Source of the DNA: Hyphochytrium catenoides
Taxonomy: Eukaryota; Protista; Hyphochytriomycota
Assembly (NCBI GenBank): GCA_900088475.1
Contig: FLMG01004224.1
Span: 1 to 42,856 of the forward strand
Direction: 5' to 3'
Length of the DNA: 42,856 nt
The notes under the pieces were generated by a model, which worked only from the letters and a program-made list of their open reading frames with translations, did not search any database and had not been told where the DNA came from. Positions 1 to 10,670 of this stretch are shown one piece after another (position 1 is the first letter of the stretch; each line of letters opens with the position of its first letter). A program made the translations under genes and the position numbers.

Positions 1-456
1 GGTAGAGCTCTCCTGATATTATTCCGCGTTGGTGACGCGAAGCTTCAACTGCCTTTCGAAGAGTCCGACCGCCTGACTCTTTTCTTCGTCTGAGAACAGG
101 GGGTTTAGACCGTCAAACTATTCAGAACAGTGAATAAATTGAGTTAAGTCAAACCGTACCATGCCACATAATGCATTTTGATACTTGGCCCTTGGTAAGA
201 CTTTCTGTACTTTTTTAAAGTGTGAAATGACGGTGTTTACTGTAGATGTATCAGGAATACCCTACGGTAGTACACTGCCTGTAGTGAACATGTCAGAACA
301 TCGACGACGGAATGCCTTCCTCTCTGAGCTCCGTTTTGTGCTAGAGCGGCTCTGCTACTTCTTCAACCACCAGGGCAAGATCGTATTGACCACTTTGGAA
401 ACTCAATAGTTGGAATACAAACTGTATTTAGCAAGAGCTTACTACTGTTTTAGAGG

Positions 457-487
457 CTAGGGTTAATTAGGGTTAGGGTTAGGGTTT
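457..487 (+). repeat. Interstitial telomere-type repeat (TTAGGG)3 with a degenerate upstream unit
   Basis: ctagggttaa-ttaggg-ttaggg-ttaggg-ttt; perfect units at 467-484. Confidence 0.8.
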
Positions 488-985
488 AAGGTGGCGGAGT
501 TCTCTGTCCTTCTCTTCTCCGATGATTTACACAGCAGAGACTTCTTCAAGCTATCATTCACACTCTGCTCTTCTCATCTTCCCACAGCAGAGTCCAGCTC
601 CTCCTCTAGATGTTGGCATGGCTAAAGTTCAGGAGGCGACCACCGCGAGAAGAAGAGCGTGTAGCGGAAGGAGAGGAGGATGAAGCGGTTTGACGGGGAG
701 GACGAAGGATAAACAGGAAAGAAGGAGGAGGAAGAGGAAAGAGATTTGTCGTTGATGGGCAAAATCTTTTTTTTTTTTGTGATGGCGAATTCCCCCTCAT
801 GTTCATAATGTGGTGCTACTCTCCTAGGCTTTTTATGGTGCTTCAGTCTCAGCTGTCGCCCCATAATATCTGATCTCTCTTACTTCTCTCCCTCTATTTC
901 TCTTCTCTCCTCCTCCTTTGAGCCTAATAATGCTAGGGCATGTTGTTGATGTGTTTCTAGGACTTCCCTCACCTATTATTATAGT

Positions 986-1507
986 CTAAGAAGGTATAAT
1001 ATCCAACACTCTTCCGCCGGGAGATCCTGCGTGCTGCGTCGAGGCAGTATCACTTACCCTGCTTGGTGCTGCAGCACCTGTGATTGGGAGCCAAGAGCTG
1101 GGACACGAGAACGCTCTGGCTGTTGTTCTTGTTATGGTCGTTATGTCTCTGAAAAAAGCCCCTGATGATGCGACGACGGTGGTGTGTCCCTCTTGTCGCG
1201 TCGCTGCTGGAGAATGTGGTTGCCTGCCTCGTTGACGAGCAGCCGGTGTGTGGCTCTTCACCTGTTGGGCTTCTCTTTCTTCCATCATACGTCGTGCTTC
1301 TGTCTTCTGTTGCTGTGCGAGGACGGATAGTAGTAAGGGGTGAAGAGGTGCACTACTCCTGCCGTAGGAACTACTTGGAGAAAAGGAATAGTACTGTATC
1401 ACTCTAGGACCAGACGACGAGGTTGCAGCTCCTAGACTAATGAACAAGCAACAGAGTAACAAAGAGGAGAGCCCTGCGGACTTGTTGGAGTCATAATGAA
1501 ATCTCAT
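986..1507 (-). CDS. Possible small secreted hypothetical protein (or decayed gene)
   Basis: First ATG at 1507 gives MRFHYDSNKSAGLSSLLLCCLFISLGAA, a signal-peptide-like start followed by low-complexity S/T/Q/R sequence. No recognisable domain. Confidence 0.25.
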   Translation of the reverse strand: MRFHYDSNKSAGLSSLLLCCLFISLGAATSSSGPRVIQYYSFSPSSSYGRSSAPLHPLLLSVLAQQQKTEARRMMEEREAQQVKSHTPAARQRGRQPHSPAATRQEGHTTVVASSGAFFRDITTITRTTARAFSCPSSWLPITGAAAPSRVSDTASTQHAGSPGGRVLDIIPS

Positions 1508-2544
1508 AATAGTCTGCCACGCCTCCTCTCTACTAATAAGGGAAAGCAACCGTTGCTGTCATGACAGAGAGCTGCTTCAAGCAGACCTTTTTTACAAGCA
1601 TGGAGAGGACAGTCATTTCTTTCCCTTTTGGGGGCGGAGAGAGTTCACCTTCACGATTAACTGGGTATTGAGTGCTCATACCTGCTGCTGATCATAAGGC
1701 GCTGTGCCCCACTTTCTCCGGATGATATGTGAAGCGAGAAAAAGAGCCCACCCAGAGGTTATCGGGATTTGCGCTAAGAACATAGAAAAAAACAGCTCGA
1801 GAGATGGAAGGCTTGCCCTTGCCAACCAGGGTGAGCAGATGTTAGGAGCTTTGCTGATCTTGTTCGATATTAGGAGACACTCTGCCTGCCGCAGGGCAGA
1901 CCATATACTCTTCTCGTGCAGCATCACGACTTCACTCTATCTTATATGCGTTACTCTGAAGGCTCCTCGAGCTGAGCTAATAAAGTAGAGGTATCTAGCT
2001 AGGCAGAACAGGGAGAATACATAGCAAGAAGTAATTTAACAAAAAAAGACAACCAAGAATGTGACGAAGGCGCAGGGTACGAGCATCAACATGCCCGAGT
2101 CCTCCTCGTTCAGGCGACGACGACATATACCGAGGAGTTGTCCCCGTGGAGCAGGATTTAACAGAACCCAACATTATTCTGTCCGTGGCTAGTCAGATTT
2201 CCTCTTGCTCACATCTTCTAGGGCGATGATCGTCAGGTAGAGCTTACCAAAATTGTCACCGAAGCTGCGCCGGGAGGCGGAGGACCGCAAGCGAATGGGA
2301 CTGATGAGCTGTACGATGCATAGTAGTGTGCGTCAGAGTGATGAGCAAGGGATAATGCCCGTGCCTGTGAGAGCCGCCAAGCAGGGACTAAGACATGTAA
2401 CGGCCTTCTCTGATTATTACTAAGTCTTCTATGGCTAGAGCTCTAGGATTGTATGTATATTACCACGGTCTGTGGGGCTGTTGGCGGGAGCGGTCTGATG
2501 TCTGTTGGGGTCACTTTCCTCTCAGTGGCCGAGAGAGGACACAT

Positions 2545-2700
2545 CTCTCAGTGAAGCTCTCTTCCTTCTCTCTTTCTCTCTCTCTCTCCCTCTCTCTCTT
2601 TCTCTCTTTCTCTCTCTCTCTCTCCTCTTTCCTTCTCCTTTCTCTTCTCTCCTCGGTCTCTCTCCTCTCCCTTCTATATATCTTCCTCCCTCCCTTATTG
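2545..2700. repeat. Imperfect (TC)n / polypyrimidine microsatellite
   Basis: Directly visible tctctc tract. Confidence 0.9.
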
Positions 2701-3188
2701 AACTCTTTCTAGGATAGGTGGTGGGAGTGGCCAGAAGACCGTAAGAGAAGAGCGGAGAGAGGAAGAAAAGAAGGCCGGGGGCCAAGAGTGGAGGAAACAG
2801 ATAGAAGGGGCAAGGGGTTACCAACAAGAGAGAGTCATCATGGCAGAGACGACGGACTAATTATGCGAATCATTGTTGTGGGGCAATGTAGGAGGATGAG
2901 AGGGAGAGTGGGGAAGAGAGGAAAGACAAACGCCACCATTTAGGGCGAGGAAGAAGAGAAGGAGTATTGAGAGAGATAGAGAAGCGCGAAGGAGAGCCGG
3001 GTAGAGGAAGAACAACCATTACGAAGATATCCTGTCTTATCAGCTCGCGCTCTGTTCTGTTGCCCGTCTGGTCCTCTGGATGGCGATGCTTGTTGTCTCA
3101 GGCCAGCAGGAGGTAGGCGGGCTGAAGGACTGAGAAGGACAAATCCCTTGCTCTCGCTTAGCTGCAGGACAGCCTTAGACTGATCATA

Positions 3189-4550
3189 ATGACGGGGATG
3201 GCGGTCCACGATGCTATCGCCATTAGCAAGGTAACAAGGCGAGCAACAGCCGCTGCCCTGGCGATTGATTGTCTCTGCTGGCCCCTTATTAAGCATCTCC
3301 AAGCCCAACCTGACGTCGATGATCCCTCAGCAGAGTGTCTTCTTAAGGCTAAACAGGCTATCGAGACAGTGCTTGATCGCCACCAAGCGCGAAAGGAGAT
3401 CCCAAAGAATGGAAATGAAGCTGCAGTTGGTGAGAAGCGAACCTTTCCGGTAGCCCCACTTCCAAGAGAAGATCTCTTCTGTTCTGCAGAAGGCAAACAA
3501 CCCATCGTCAGGGTATCGCCCTACCTCTCTCAACAGGTAGAGAGAAAGCGAGAAGATAAGGAGGAGATCCCTTTCCTTCCGTCTATAATGCGCACCACTC
3601 ATCCTGCGCAACGGAGAGTGGATAAGAAGGGGAAAGACGGCACATCAGTCAAAGAAGAAAGAGAAGTCCGATCGACCAAGAAAGCAATGATGCCTATACG
3701 TCCCTACACGGATCTCACTGATGAGGAGAGCAGACTGACGGTCATGGAGAGATTCTGGGGCAAGGGTGCCTACCTATGGTGCAAGCGGCTTGACACCAAG
3801 AGAGAGATCAGAGTGTCCATTTTCACTTTCTCTGTGGTGCTAAACACGCTGCTAGCCTCGCTTTATGTGTCGATGCCCTTGGGAACTATAGAGACAGGGG
3901 TCGTTATCTCTTGCATGATGCTCACAACTGCCCTCCAATTGTGCCTGTACGCGTATCTAGCCAACTTCTACCTCTTCGTAACGACTCTGTGGACCTTTGA
4001 AGCCTTGATGATCCTGATAGAGAGCTTACTCTTCACGGCGGCGCTGGCCGGCGTGTTCTGCTTCTCACTCTCTGGCTGGCTCTACGCCTTCACAGGATTC
4101 ATGCATATTGCCGCTACGTTCGGCTTCTATGATAGTTATCCTAGTGAGATAAGGAAAGATGGACGAGCAGGCTTCGCGATGCTCTGCCTCTTTGCTCTCT
4201 CTCTTATGATGGTTATTTACCTCCGTATCCCGCCGCATATGTGCCTCTACAGAGTGGACCTGGAGCAGGGACTGCAGGATGAGAACAATCCGGACTACGT
4301 TCCCTCTGTCTGGAGCCTGTCAGTGCTTGAGTTCTGCCTCAATAGAGGATTCAGTACGGGCATGCTACTGCTCAGACTGACGTACACAGTGCTAAAGTAT
4401 CCTCAAGACTGCGTGGTTATAAGGAGCAGAATTCGCATTCTAGAGGATGACAAGCGCTGCCAGACCTCATCACCAGCAAGTGATGGCGCCACTCTATTCT
4501 TAAAAGAGAGACAGTCGACGATGCCACCAGATAACCAGGCACTGAAATGA
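3189..4550 (+). CDS. Uncharacterised multi-pass (~6 TM) membrane protein, 453 aa, intronless; paralogue of 39108-40413
   Basis: Long uninterrupted ORF with a charged N-terminal half and hydrophobic segments in the C-terminal half. Shares motif blocks with the 39 kb ORF: TDLTDEESRLTVM/TELTTEESSMTVM, FYDSYP/FYDSFP, LYRVD/LYRLD, EFCLNRG/EFCLNQG, PQDCVVIRSR/PRDCVIIKSR. Confidence 0.85.
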   Translation: MTGMAVHDAIAISKVTRRATAAALAIDCLCWPLIKHLQAQPDVDDPSAECLLKAKQAIETVLDRHQARKEIPKNGNEAAVGEKRTFPVAPLPREDLFCSAEGKQPIVRVSPYLSQQVERKREDKEEIPFLPSIMRTTHPAQRRVDKKGKDGTSVKEEREVRSTKKAMMPIRPYTDLTDEESRLTVMERFWGKGAYLWCKRLDTKREIRVSIFTFSVVLNTLLASLYVSMPLGTIETGVVISCMMLTTALQLCLYAYLANFYLFVTTLWTFEALMILIESLLFTAALAGVFCFSLSGWLYAFTGFMHIAATFGFYDSYPSEIRKDGRAGFAMLCLFALSLMMVIYLRIPPHMCLYRVDLEQGLQDENNPDYVPSVWSLSVLEFCLNRGFSTGMLLLRLTYTVLKYPQDCVVIRSRIRILEDDKRCQTSSPASDGATLFLKERQSTMPPDNQALK

Positions 4551-4976
4551 CGAGAAGAAGAGGTCCGGTCGTGGCCTGTCCTAAGTATTGCTGCAGTTAG
4601 CGGTAGCGAGCCCTCTGAGAAGGGAGAGAGCAACTACTAATTTATGGGATGGGAAAGGCGTTCGCCATTGTCACGTCGCATGACGTCAGAGCTTAGTCTT
4701 ACTACGTTCCTCTGCCATTTTAGCGGCTACTTTTCCTTTCTCTCTCTCCTTTCTTGTCTCTCTCCTCTGACACATCTTTTCTGACACACTCTCTCTCTTT
4801 CTCTGAACACCGCTGCTTTTTCTTTGCATCTCTTCCGCATTCTTTTGCTTCCTATTCAAACAACTATAAGATGTAGTGGACAGCCTACTACGCGGTTCTG
4901 GTGGTCTCTAGCTGTAAGGCGCTTGTCGTACTGGAAGGGAGGTAGGCAGCAATAATGAGAGGAAAGCACTGCTCTG

Positions 4977-5813
4977 CTATCCTCCAGATGTTATCTTCAT
5001 CACACGTGCCACAGCGAATCCATCCCAGCCTTTAGTCCCCACGGTCTGCAGAGCTGTGGCCACTATCAGTCCGTCACGCTCGTAGTTCCGGAGCAGCTCA
5101 AACGTCTCGCTCACGCCTCTGGTGCTGCCATCCTGTGCCGCAAGCTCCTCACTAAGGATGTGTCCTTCCCGAACCACGTTATCTAGGACATTGAGACTAC
5201 CGATGCGAGAGAGGTGCTCGACGGTGGCTCTCAGATAATGCTTGTTGTTTGCTTTGTCGGCGTCAATGAAGATGAAGTCAAAGGGCTCGGCGTCTTGGTT
5301 CTTTATCTCTTCGGCCAGCGCCTCTAGAGAGTCCAGACCCTCTCCCCTTCGGACTTCTACGACCTCGGAAAGACCGGCCGTGGCGATGTTTAGCTGAGCA
5401 ATATCTGCATACCGCTCCTCGCGCTCTATAGTGATTAGCTGAGGCTTCAAAGCAGTGCTGTCGGTCATTAGTGCCGGCGTGGCAGTCGAAGAAAAACTTG
5501 ATGGAGGTGGAGATGAAGAAGGAGAAGGAAGAGAGAGAAGTGCTCTTGCGATCCAAATGGAGCTATAACCGCCTAGAGTGCCAACTTCCAGAGGCCGTCT
5601 GGCGCCAATACTCAGCGCCAAGATGTGCAAGAGCTTTCCCTGCGTAGGTGAGACTTGATGCTCCGGCAGAGAATGCTCCTTCGACAGCTTTAACGCTTCG
5701 GATAGAGCATGATCAGGCGATGCTAGGAAAGACTCGATGTAGGAGTCCACTTGTCTCCAGCCCTCTTCTTCCTTGATAATAGTTGGAGTCTGCATGTTGC
5801 CCGTGTGCTGCAT
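4977..5813 (-). CDS. SAM-dependent O-methyltransferase (Methyltransf_3, caffeoyl-CoA/catechol OMT-like), intronless
   Basis: Motifs VSPTQGKLL, LEVGTLGGYS (SAM-binding motif I), FDFIFIDADK, DNVVR (metal/substrate site) and LQTVGTKGWDGF. The ORF track starts at GTG 5822; the first ATG is 5813 (alternative 5795). Confidence 0.93.
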   Translation of the reverse strand: MQHTGNMQTPTIIKEEEGWRQVDSYIESFLASPDHALSEALKLSKEHSLPEHQVSPTQGKLLHILALSIGARRPLEVGTLGGYSSIWIARALLSLPSPSSSPPPSSFSSTATPALMTDSTALKPQLITIEREERYADIAQLNIATAGLSEVVEVRRGEGLDSLEALAEEIKNQDAEPFDFIFIDADKANNKHYLRATVEHLSRIGSLNVLDNVVREGHILSEELAAQDGSTRGVSETFELLRNYERDGLIVATALQTVGTKGWDGFAVARVMKITSGG

Positions 5814-8369
5814 GAAAGGCACAATAGCTTGTGGCTGGTAGCACTGGCCTTACGACAAACAGAAGGCTAGAGCTGACTGCTGCTGGGACAGGAATCTTCA
5901 TCGTTCCCCTGCGGTTCTGCAGGGTTACAATGAAGGCAGGAGAAGCCGCCGAACAGTGTATGACAAGGAGTCTCCCGACGGAAGAGAGTTGATAACATCT
6001 TGGCCGTCATTCATTCTGTCGAAAGCCTGTTGTTCCTAACTTACTCTACGTAGCTGGCACCTGGGAGAAGAGTGATGCTCCAAAACAAAGTTCTGATGCT
6101 CGTGAGAGCAGAGCAGGTTCAAGGACAAGCACTCACGTCAGAAAAACACTCTGACGAGCCCTGTCAAGGGTGAGTAATAAGTCGTCAGCGGAAGGAGAAA
6201 GGGTGAGAAGCGTCTCTTCTCCTGTGTCGAGCAGTAGACGTCGAGGAATGACAAGAAGAGGATGACGAGGAATCGAGAAAATCGGTGAGGCTTCGTTTCG
6301 TCGCCTTTACTGGCTCTCAACAAAGCAGATGGAATTGAGAAGAACGCTAGAGAACTCGAGACGCTGCTGCTGGAACAAGAGCGCCTCAGACGAGGCAGAA
6401 GAGAGCAGAGAGGTAAAGAAGAAAGGCTCAGAAGAGAGAGGAGAGGGAGCGAGAAAGAGGACGGCAGGAGAAGAGAAGCAATGAATGGTAGAGAGCAACA
6501 GGACCTAAGGCCTTACGATCTCATCATCCTGTTAGTGTGCCACTAGGAAGAAGAGCTAAAGATCTTTGCTCCCTCTTCTGCCTGCTTGTCTCAGAGATTT
6601 TCTCTTATCTTTGGCTCTGCCTCCTCTCTTCTCATGTTTGGTTGTCTCTCCTACTCTTCGTGAGAAAAGGAACCTGGGAGAGAAGACTGGTGTTCAGAGG
6701 AGGATACAAGGCAGTGCCCAAGAAGGCTAGAAAGGCGTTGATAAAGGTTTGATGTCAAGCTTGCTATGAAGTTCAAGATGTCAGGCTCTGTGTGCAGGAA
6801 GGATGAAGTGATGGAAGCGCCACAAGCCAGCCACCAAGCAATAGAGAGCATCAAAGCATCATCGCGAGGAGATGGTCGTCACCATCGTCCCAGGGCTGCA
6901 TCTCTTCTTCTCTCACTTCAGTTGGCTTGCTTCAACAAACTCCATCAGCCTACAGACCCCACGGCGAAGCAAAAGCCTGCAAATAACATGCCTCTTACTC
7001 GCAGTTATTATCTTTCTCTCTTCGTCTGGTGGGCTTGTGAGCGCTGTAGGATCGAACTTCATAGAAGCGAAGGAATGTCGGATCAACAATAACTCCCTCG
7101 TCTCTCTTCAAGCTCTTTCCCACTCTCTAGCTTTCTATCATGATGTACTGGAAGAAGCAGAGGAGTAACCCTGGCAGGTGAGAAACCAACATAGTGGTTG
7201 AGTTGCTACCGTGGAGAAAGAAGAAAGTAAGCTGCTACCATTATCTGCTTCTTTGTCTCGTTCCTTGTGTTCTCCCAACATAGAGGATGTTGCTCGAGGA
7301 TGTTGCTGGCGTCGTAATGGAAAGAAATGGAGGAGGACGGGGCTTCCCACAGACAACAATGAAAGACAGCAGGAAGATCTTCTCTGCTCCTTGGTAGATA
7401 GCTTGATGAGAAGCGGACGAGGTTCTGAGCTCTTATCCAGGCAAGCTGGCCGTTCACGACGTGCGAAGCAGGACAGTTCACCAATCCCCCGCGCTAGCGA
7501 GGGATGAGGTCAACAAGGTGAGAAAGCAGTACGCAGCAACCGCGTAGACGCCCCTCAACAGCCAGCCGCTTCGCCTTTTAATTTTCTCAGCTTCAATGTG
7601 CTGCCATCTTTCTGCCTCTACGACGTCTTCATCATGTTTCTTTGCCCACAACCGTGCGGCAGCATGTTCAAGAAGGAATTATCAAGTAGCGGGCAGGGCA
7701 TCATAGGCTCTCTTCTTCCAAGAGACGGACGGACCCTCATAGTTGGGAGCAGAGCGTCGAGGGTCTTTGTGTCGGAAAGCATAACGATGTCACTATCGCG
7801 AGGTTGTTAATAAGTCTCCATGAGATAACAGATCACGATCTCCCTGATGATGTTTGCTCTTTTCCCTTTTATTGACTGTTGCTGCAGCTGTGACGCTCCA
7901 TTGTTCCTGCTAATGATAGATAGAGGGCGAGACAGGTCCAATGGCAGGCATCTCTCGTGTCGTCCTCTCTCTCACACAGCCACATCTCCTTCTTATCATT
8001 TGCTGTCGTACCTTGGGAAAGAACGTGTACAAGCAGAAAGGAGACGACGAGAGGCACAATGAGAGAAGACTGCACATCATTTGCATAGTCGGTCAACCAC
8101 CAGCACATGCCAGAAACCTTCTTCCTTTGGCAGGTGCACCTTCGCCACTTCAACTTCCATTCTCCATCAATCAACATTCTTCCCACCGTACTACTTGCCA
8201 CAGGACTAAGACAGGGCGTCACTTTCAAGCTTTATCAGGGCTCACAGCCCAAGAACAGTGACAGTGTGCATTGAGAGAAGCTGAGGACGGTTATGCAGGA
8301 AACAGGTGTCACCATTTTATTTCAGCAGAGAGACGCAAGGACAAAGGGCAGTCCTCCTAGCTGCTACTC

Positions 8370-8378
8370 ATCTCTTCT

Positions 8379-8431
<53 letters not shown>

Positions 8432-8515
8432 TCCTTCTCTTCTCTCTCTCTCTCTCTCGTCTCTCTCTCTCTCCTCTCTCTCTCTCCTCTCTCTCTCTTG
8501 CTCCCTCTCTCTCTC

Positions 8516-8549
<34 letters not shown>

Positions 8550-8565
8550 TGCTCCCTCTCTCTTC
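8370..8565. repeat. Long (TC)n microsatellite with interruptions
   Basis: Directly visible; includes repeated ctctcttgctccctctc variants. Confidence 0.95.
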
Positions 8566-10540
8566 TTGGTACCTTGTCTAGGATTTCCGCTTTGTTTCGA
8601 CGTCTGTTTTCTGGCTCATGTGCTTTGCTTTCCCTCCCGAAGTATTGGTCTATCTCTCTGGGCAGCTCCCTGTAAATCGTTTGCCTGTACTAGGTCCTCA
8701 TAGTCTCCGCCTTCTAACGCGGCTGACGGCCCAGACTGGTGTCCCTTCCTCCACTTTTCTCGCTTCTCTTAGTGTTCTGGAGAACCGCCTGCTGTGTCTA
8801 CTAATCCTTTCGCTCGTGTCTCGCGGTTAGTCAAAGTTTGGGTTTAACTTGAGAAGCACCAAGAGGACATACGACGAGGAAGAGACAGGGCCAGCCTGAA
8901 AAGTCTTCAGGGTCTCGCACTTGTAGCTATTTTGCTGACGAGACCTCCTTGAAGTCACAGCAGCTTTGCCTCTACCACTCTCTTCTTATATAACCCTGCT
9001 ACCAGTATCTCCCAGTCATAAGGTTGACAGAATCCCTGCAAAAGAAGAAGAAGATGGATGGCGAAGAGGGGCCATTTGATGCACAAAGAACGCTACGGCT
9101 TTTAATTACTTCTTGATTGATGCACTTCTTTCGACAACCTTCTACTTAGCCTTACTCTTTATCACCTTGTTTGCCATTTTCATGCTAATACTAGAGGCCA
9201 AATTTTTTGCTGTCCATCTCCTGCTTCTAGAGATAGAAATAGAGAGGAAACTCAAGCTTGGTGGAGTCTCTTCGTCTTTGACGGGTACCGCTACCTTCCC
9301 TGGATGACGTTGCGCCCCACTATCTATCCCTGGATCTCTTTTCTTCCTCACGTGCTGCATCTCTCTCTCTCTTTCGCACTTAAAAAATATCTGCTATGGT
9401 GCTGCCGTGTTTGCCCGCTTTGAACTTCAAGCAGCCCAGACCATGTGCCACAGCCGATATCTCACGGGAGCAGAGTAGAGGTGACGGACTTCAAGCTCAC
9501 CAGAGAGCTCAAAGAACTGTGAAGACGACCACCAACATGCGGAAAGCAGAGCCATGAGGCAGGCTAAGAAGCAACCTGGTCAAGACAAGAGCATCTAAGT
9601 CTAACACTGGTTTTGCCAAGAGAAGAGCCATTTGAGAGGGGAGGAATCTGACCTTATTGGGCCCCATCAGCTTCAAGTTTCACCTATGATTGCTGCAGAT
9701 GCCCCTCAGCCGTAGACTCCTCCATGCTCCACGCCTCTTTGCCTTCCAGCAGGTCTTACGGCTGGTGGGCTATTGTCCCTGGGCCGAGGAGAGGAAACAG
9801 TCTTGTCCCTAGTCGCTATTTATGCATGGATAGTTTTTGTTCTGTGCCGAGGAGAAGAGACAGTCTTCTCCTCTAGTAATAGAGCCACTGTCAGCAGAGA
9901 TTTGGTCTCTGATACCTGGATCTTTTTTTCCATGCAAGGAACTTTTTTGGGCATCATGAAGAGCCAAGGAGGAGAAAGAGAAGAGAAGATGCACAAAGCA
10001 AAGCAGCAGCAGAGGAGACGAAAGACCTGACGTGCCATGAGATAATACTATTTCTTGTCTCCCTTGAATAACTCTAAGTCTAATGCTTCATCTCTGCCAC
10101 ATCTCCTGTTCCTCTTCTTCTCTCGCTCACACGGCACACGACCAACCCTTAACTCTTGTTCACCCCGCCCTCTCTCCTTCTTACATGACCGTCTTCAGGT
10201 CGGACTTGCCGTTCCTTCTGAGCTTCACAGCTACCGTCCGTCCATCTCCTTACATCCTTGCTCTAACTCCTCCTGTACTACTAACAAAGGCCTTGCTGCC
10301 TTGCCTCCTGCGGCGGGGACTCGACTTGCTCATTTTCCTCCCTTTCTTACACTTTCCTTGTCCTTCCTCCTTGCTAACGTCAGGGCGCGCGCCGCTCTGT
10401 CTTGGGCCGTGTCATCAGCAGCAGGAAGGAGAAGACAGTGCGGTCATCCAGGGATCAGAGAGATCTTTTGTCCATCAAGTTGACGAATGTTATCTATGGG
10501 ATTCCAGGACCGTCACTCCTGTCTCCTTCTGAGCCCTATA

Positions 10541-10670
10541 TATTATCTTAGAGCTTAGCACTTCATCCATCAAGGACGAGACGCTGTTATTATCTAAGGC
10601 TTACGAGTAGCACTTCATCCATCAGGGGCGAGACGCTGTTATTATCTAGGGATCTTACTTCGTCCATCAA
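10541..10670. repeat. 52-bp tandem repeat (2 full copies plus partial flanks)
   Basis: tagcacttcatccatca-(a/g)gg(a/g)cgagacgctgttattatcta begins at 10556 and again at 10608, followed by a partial cttcgtccatcaa. Confidence 0.9.

Noticed and set aside
6872-8062. Alternative genetic code (stop reassignment) to explain co-framed ORFs
   Set aside because: Recognisable genes in the window end at TAA, TAG and TGA at the expected C-termini and have no internal stops.
8293-8703. Leu/Ser-rich ORFs (also 2431-2827 and 23715-24115)
   Set aside because: Translations of (TC)n microsatellites.
9113-9480. Hydrophobic short ORF as a membrane-protein gene
   Set aside because: No ATG start, no motif and no consistent continuation or splice model.
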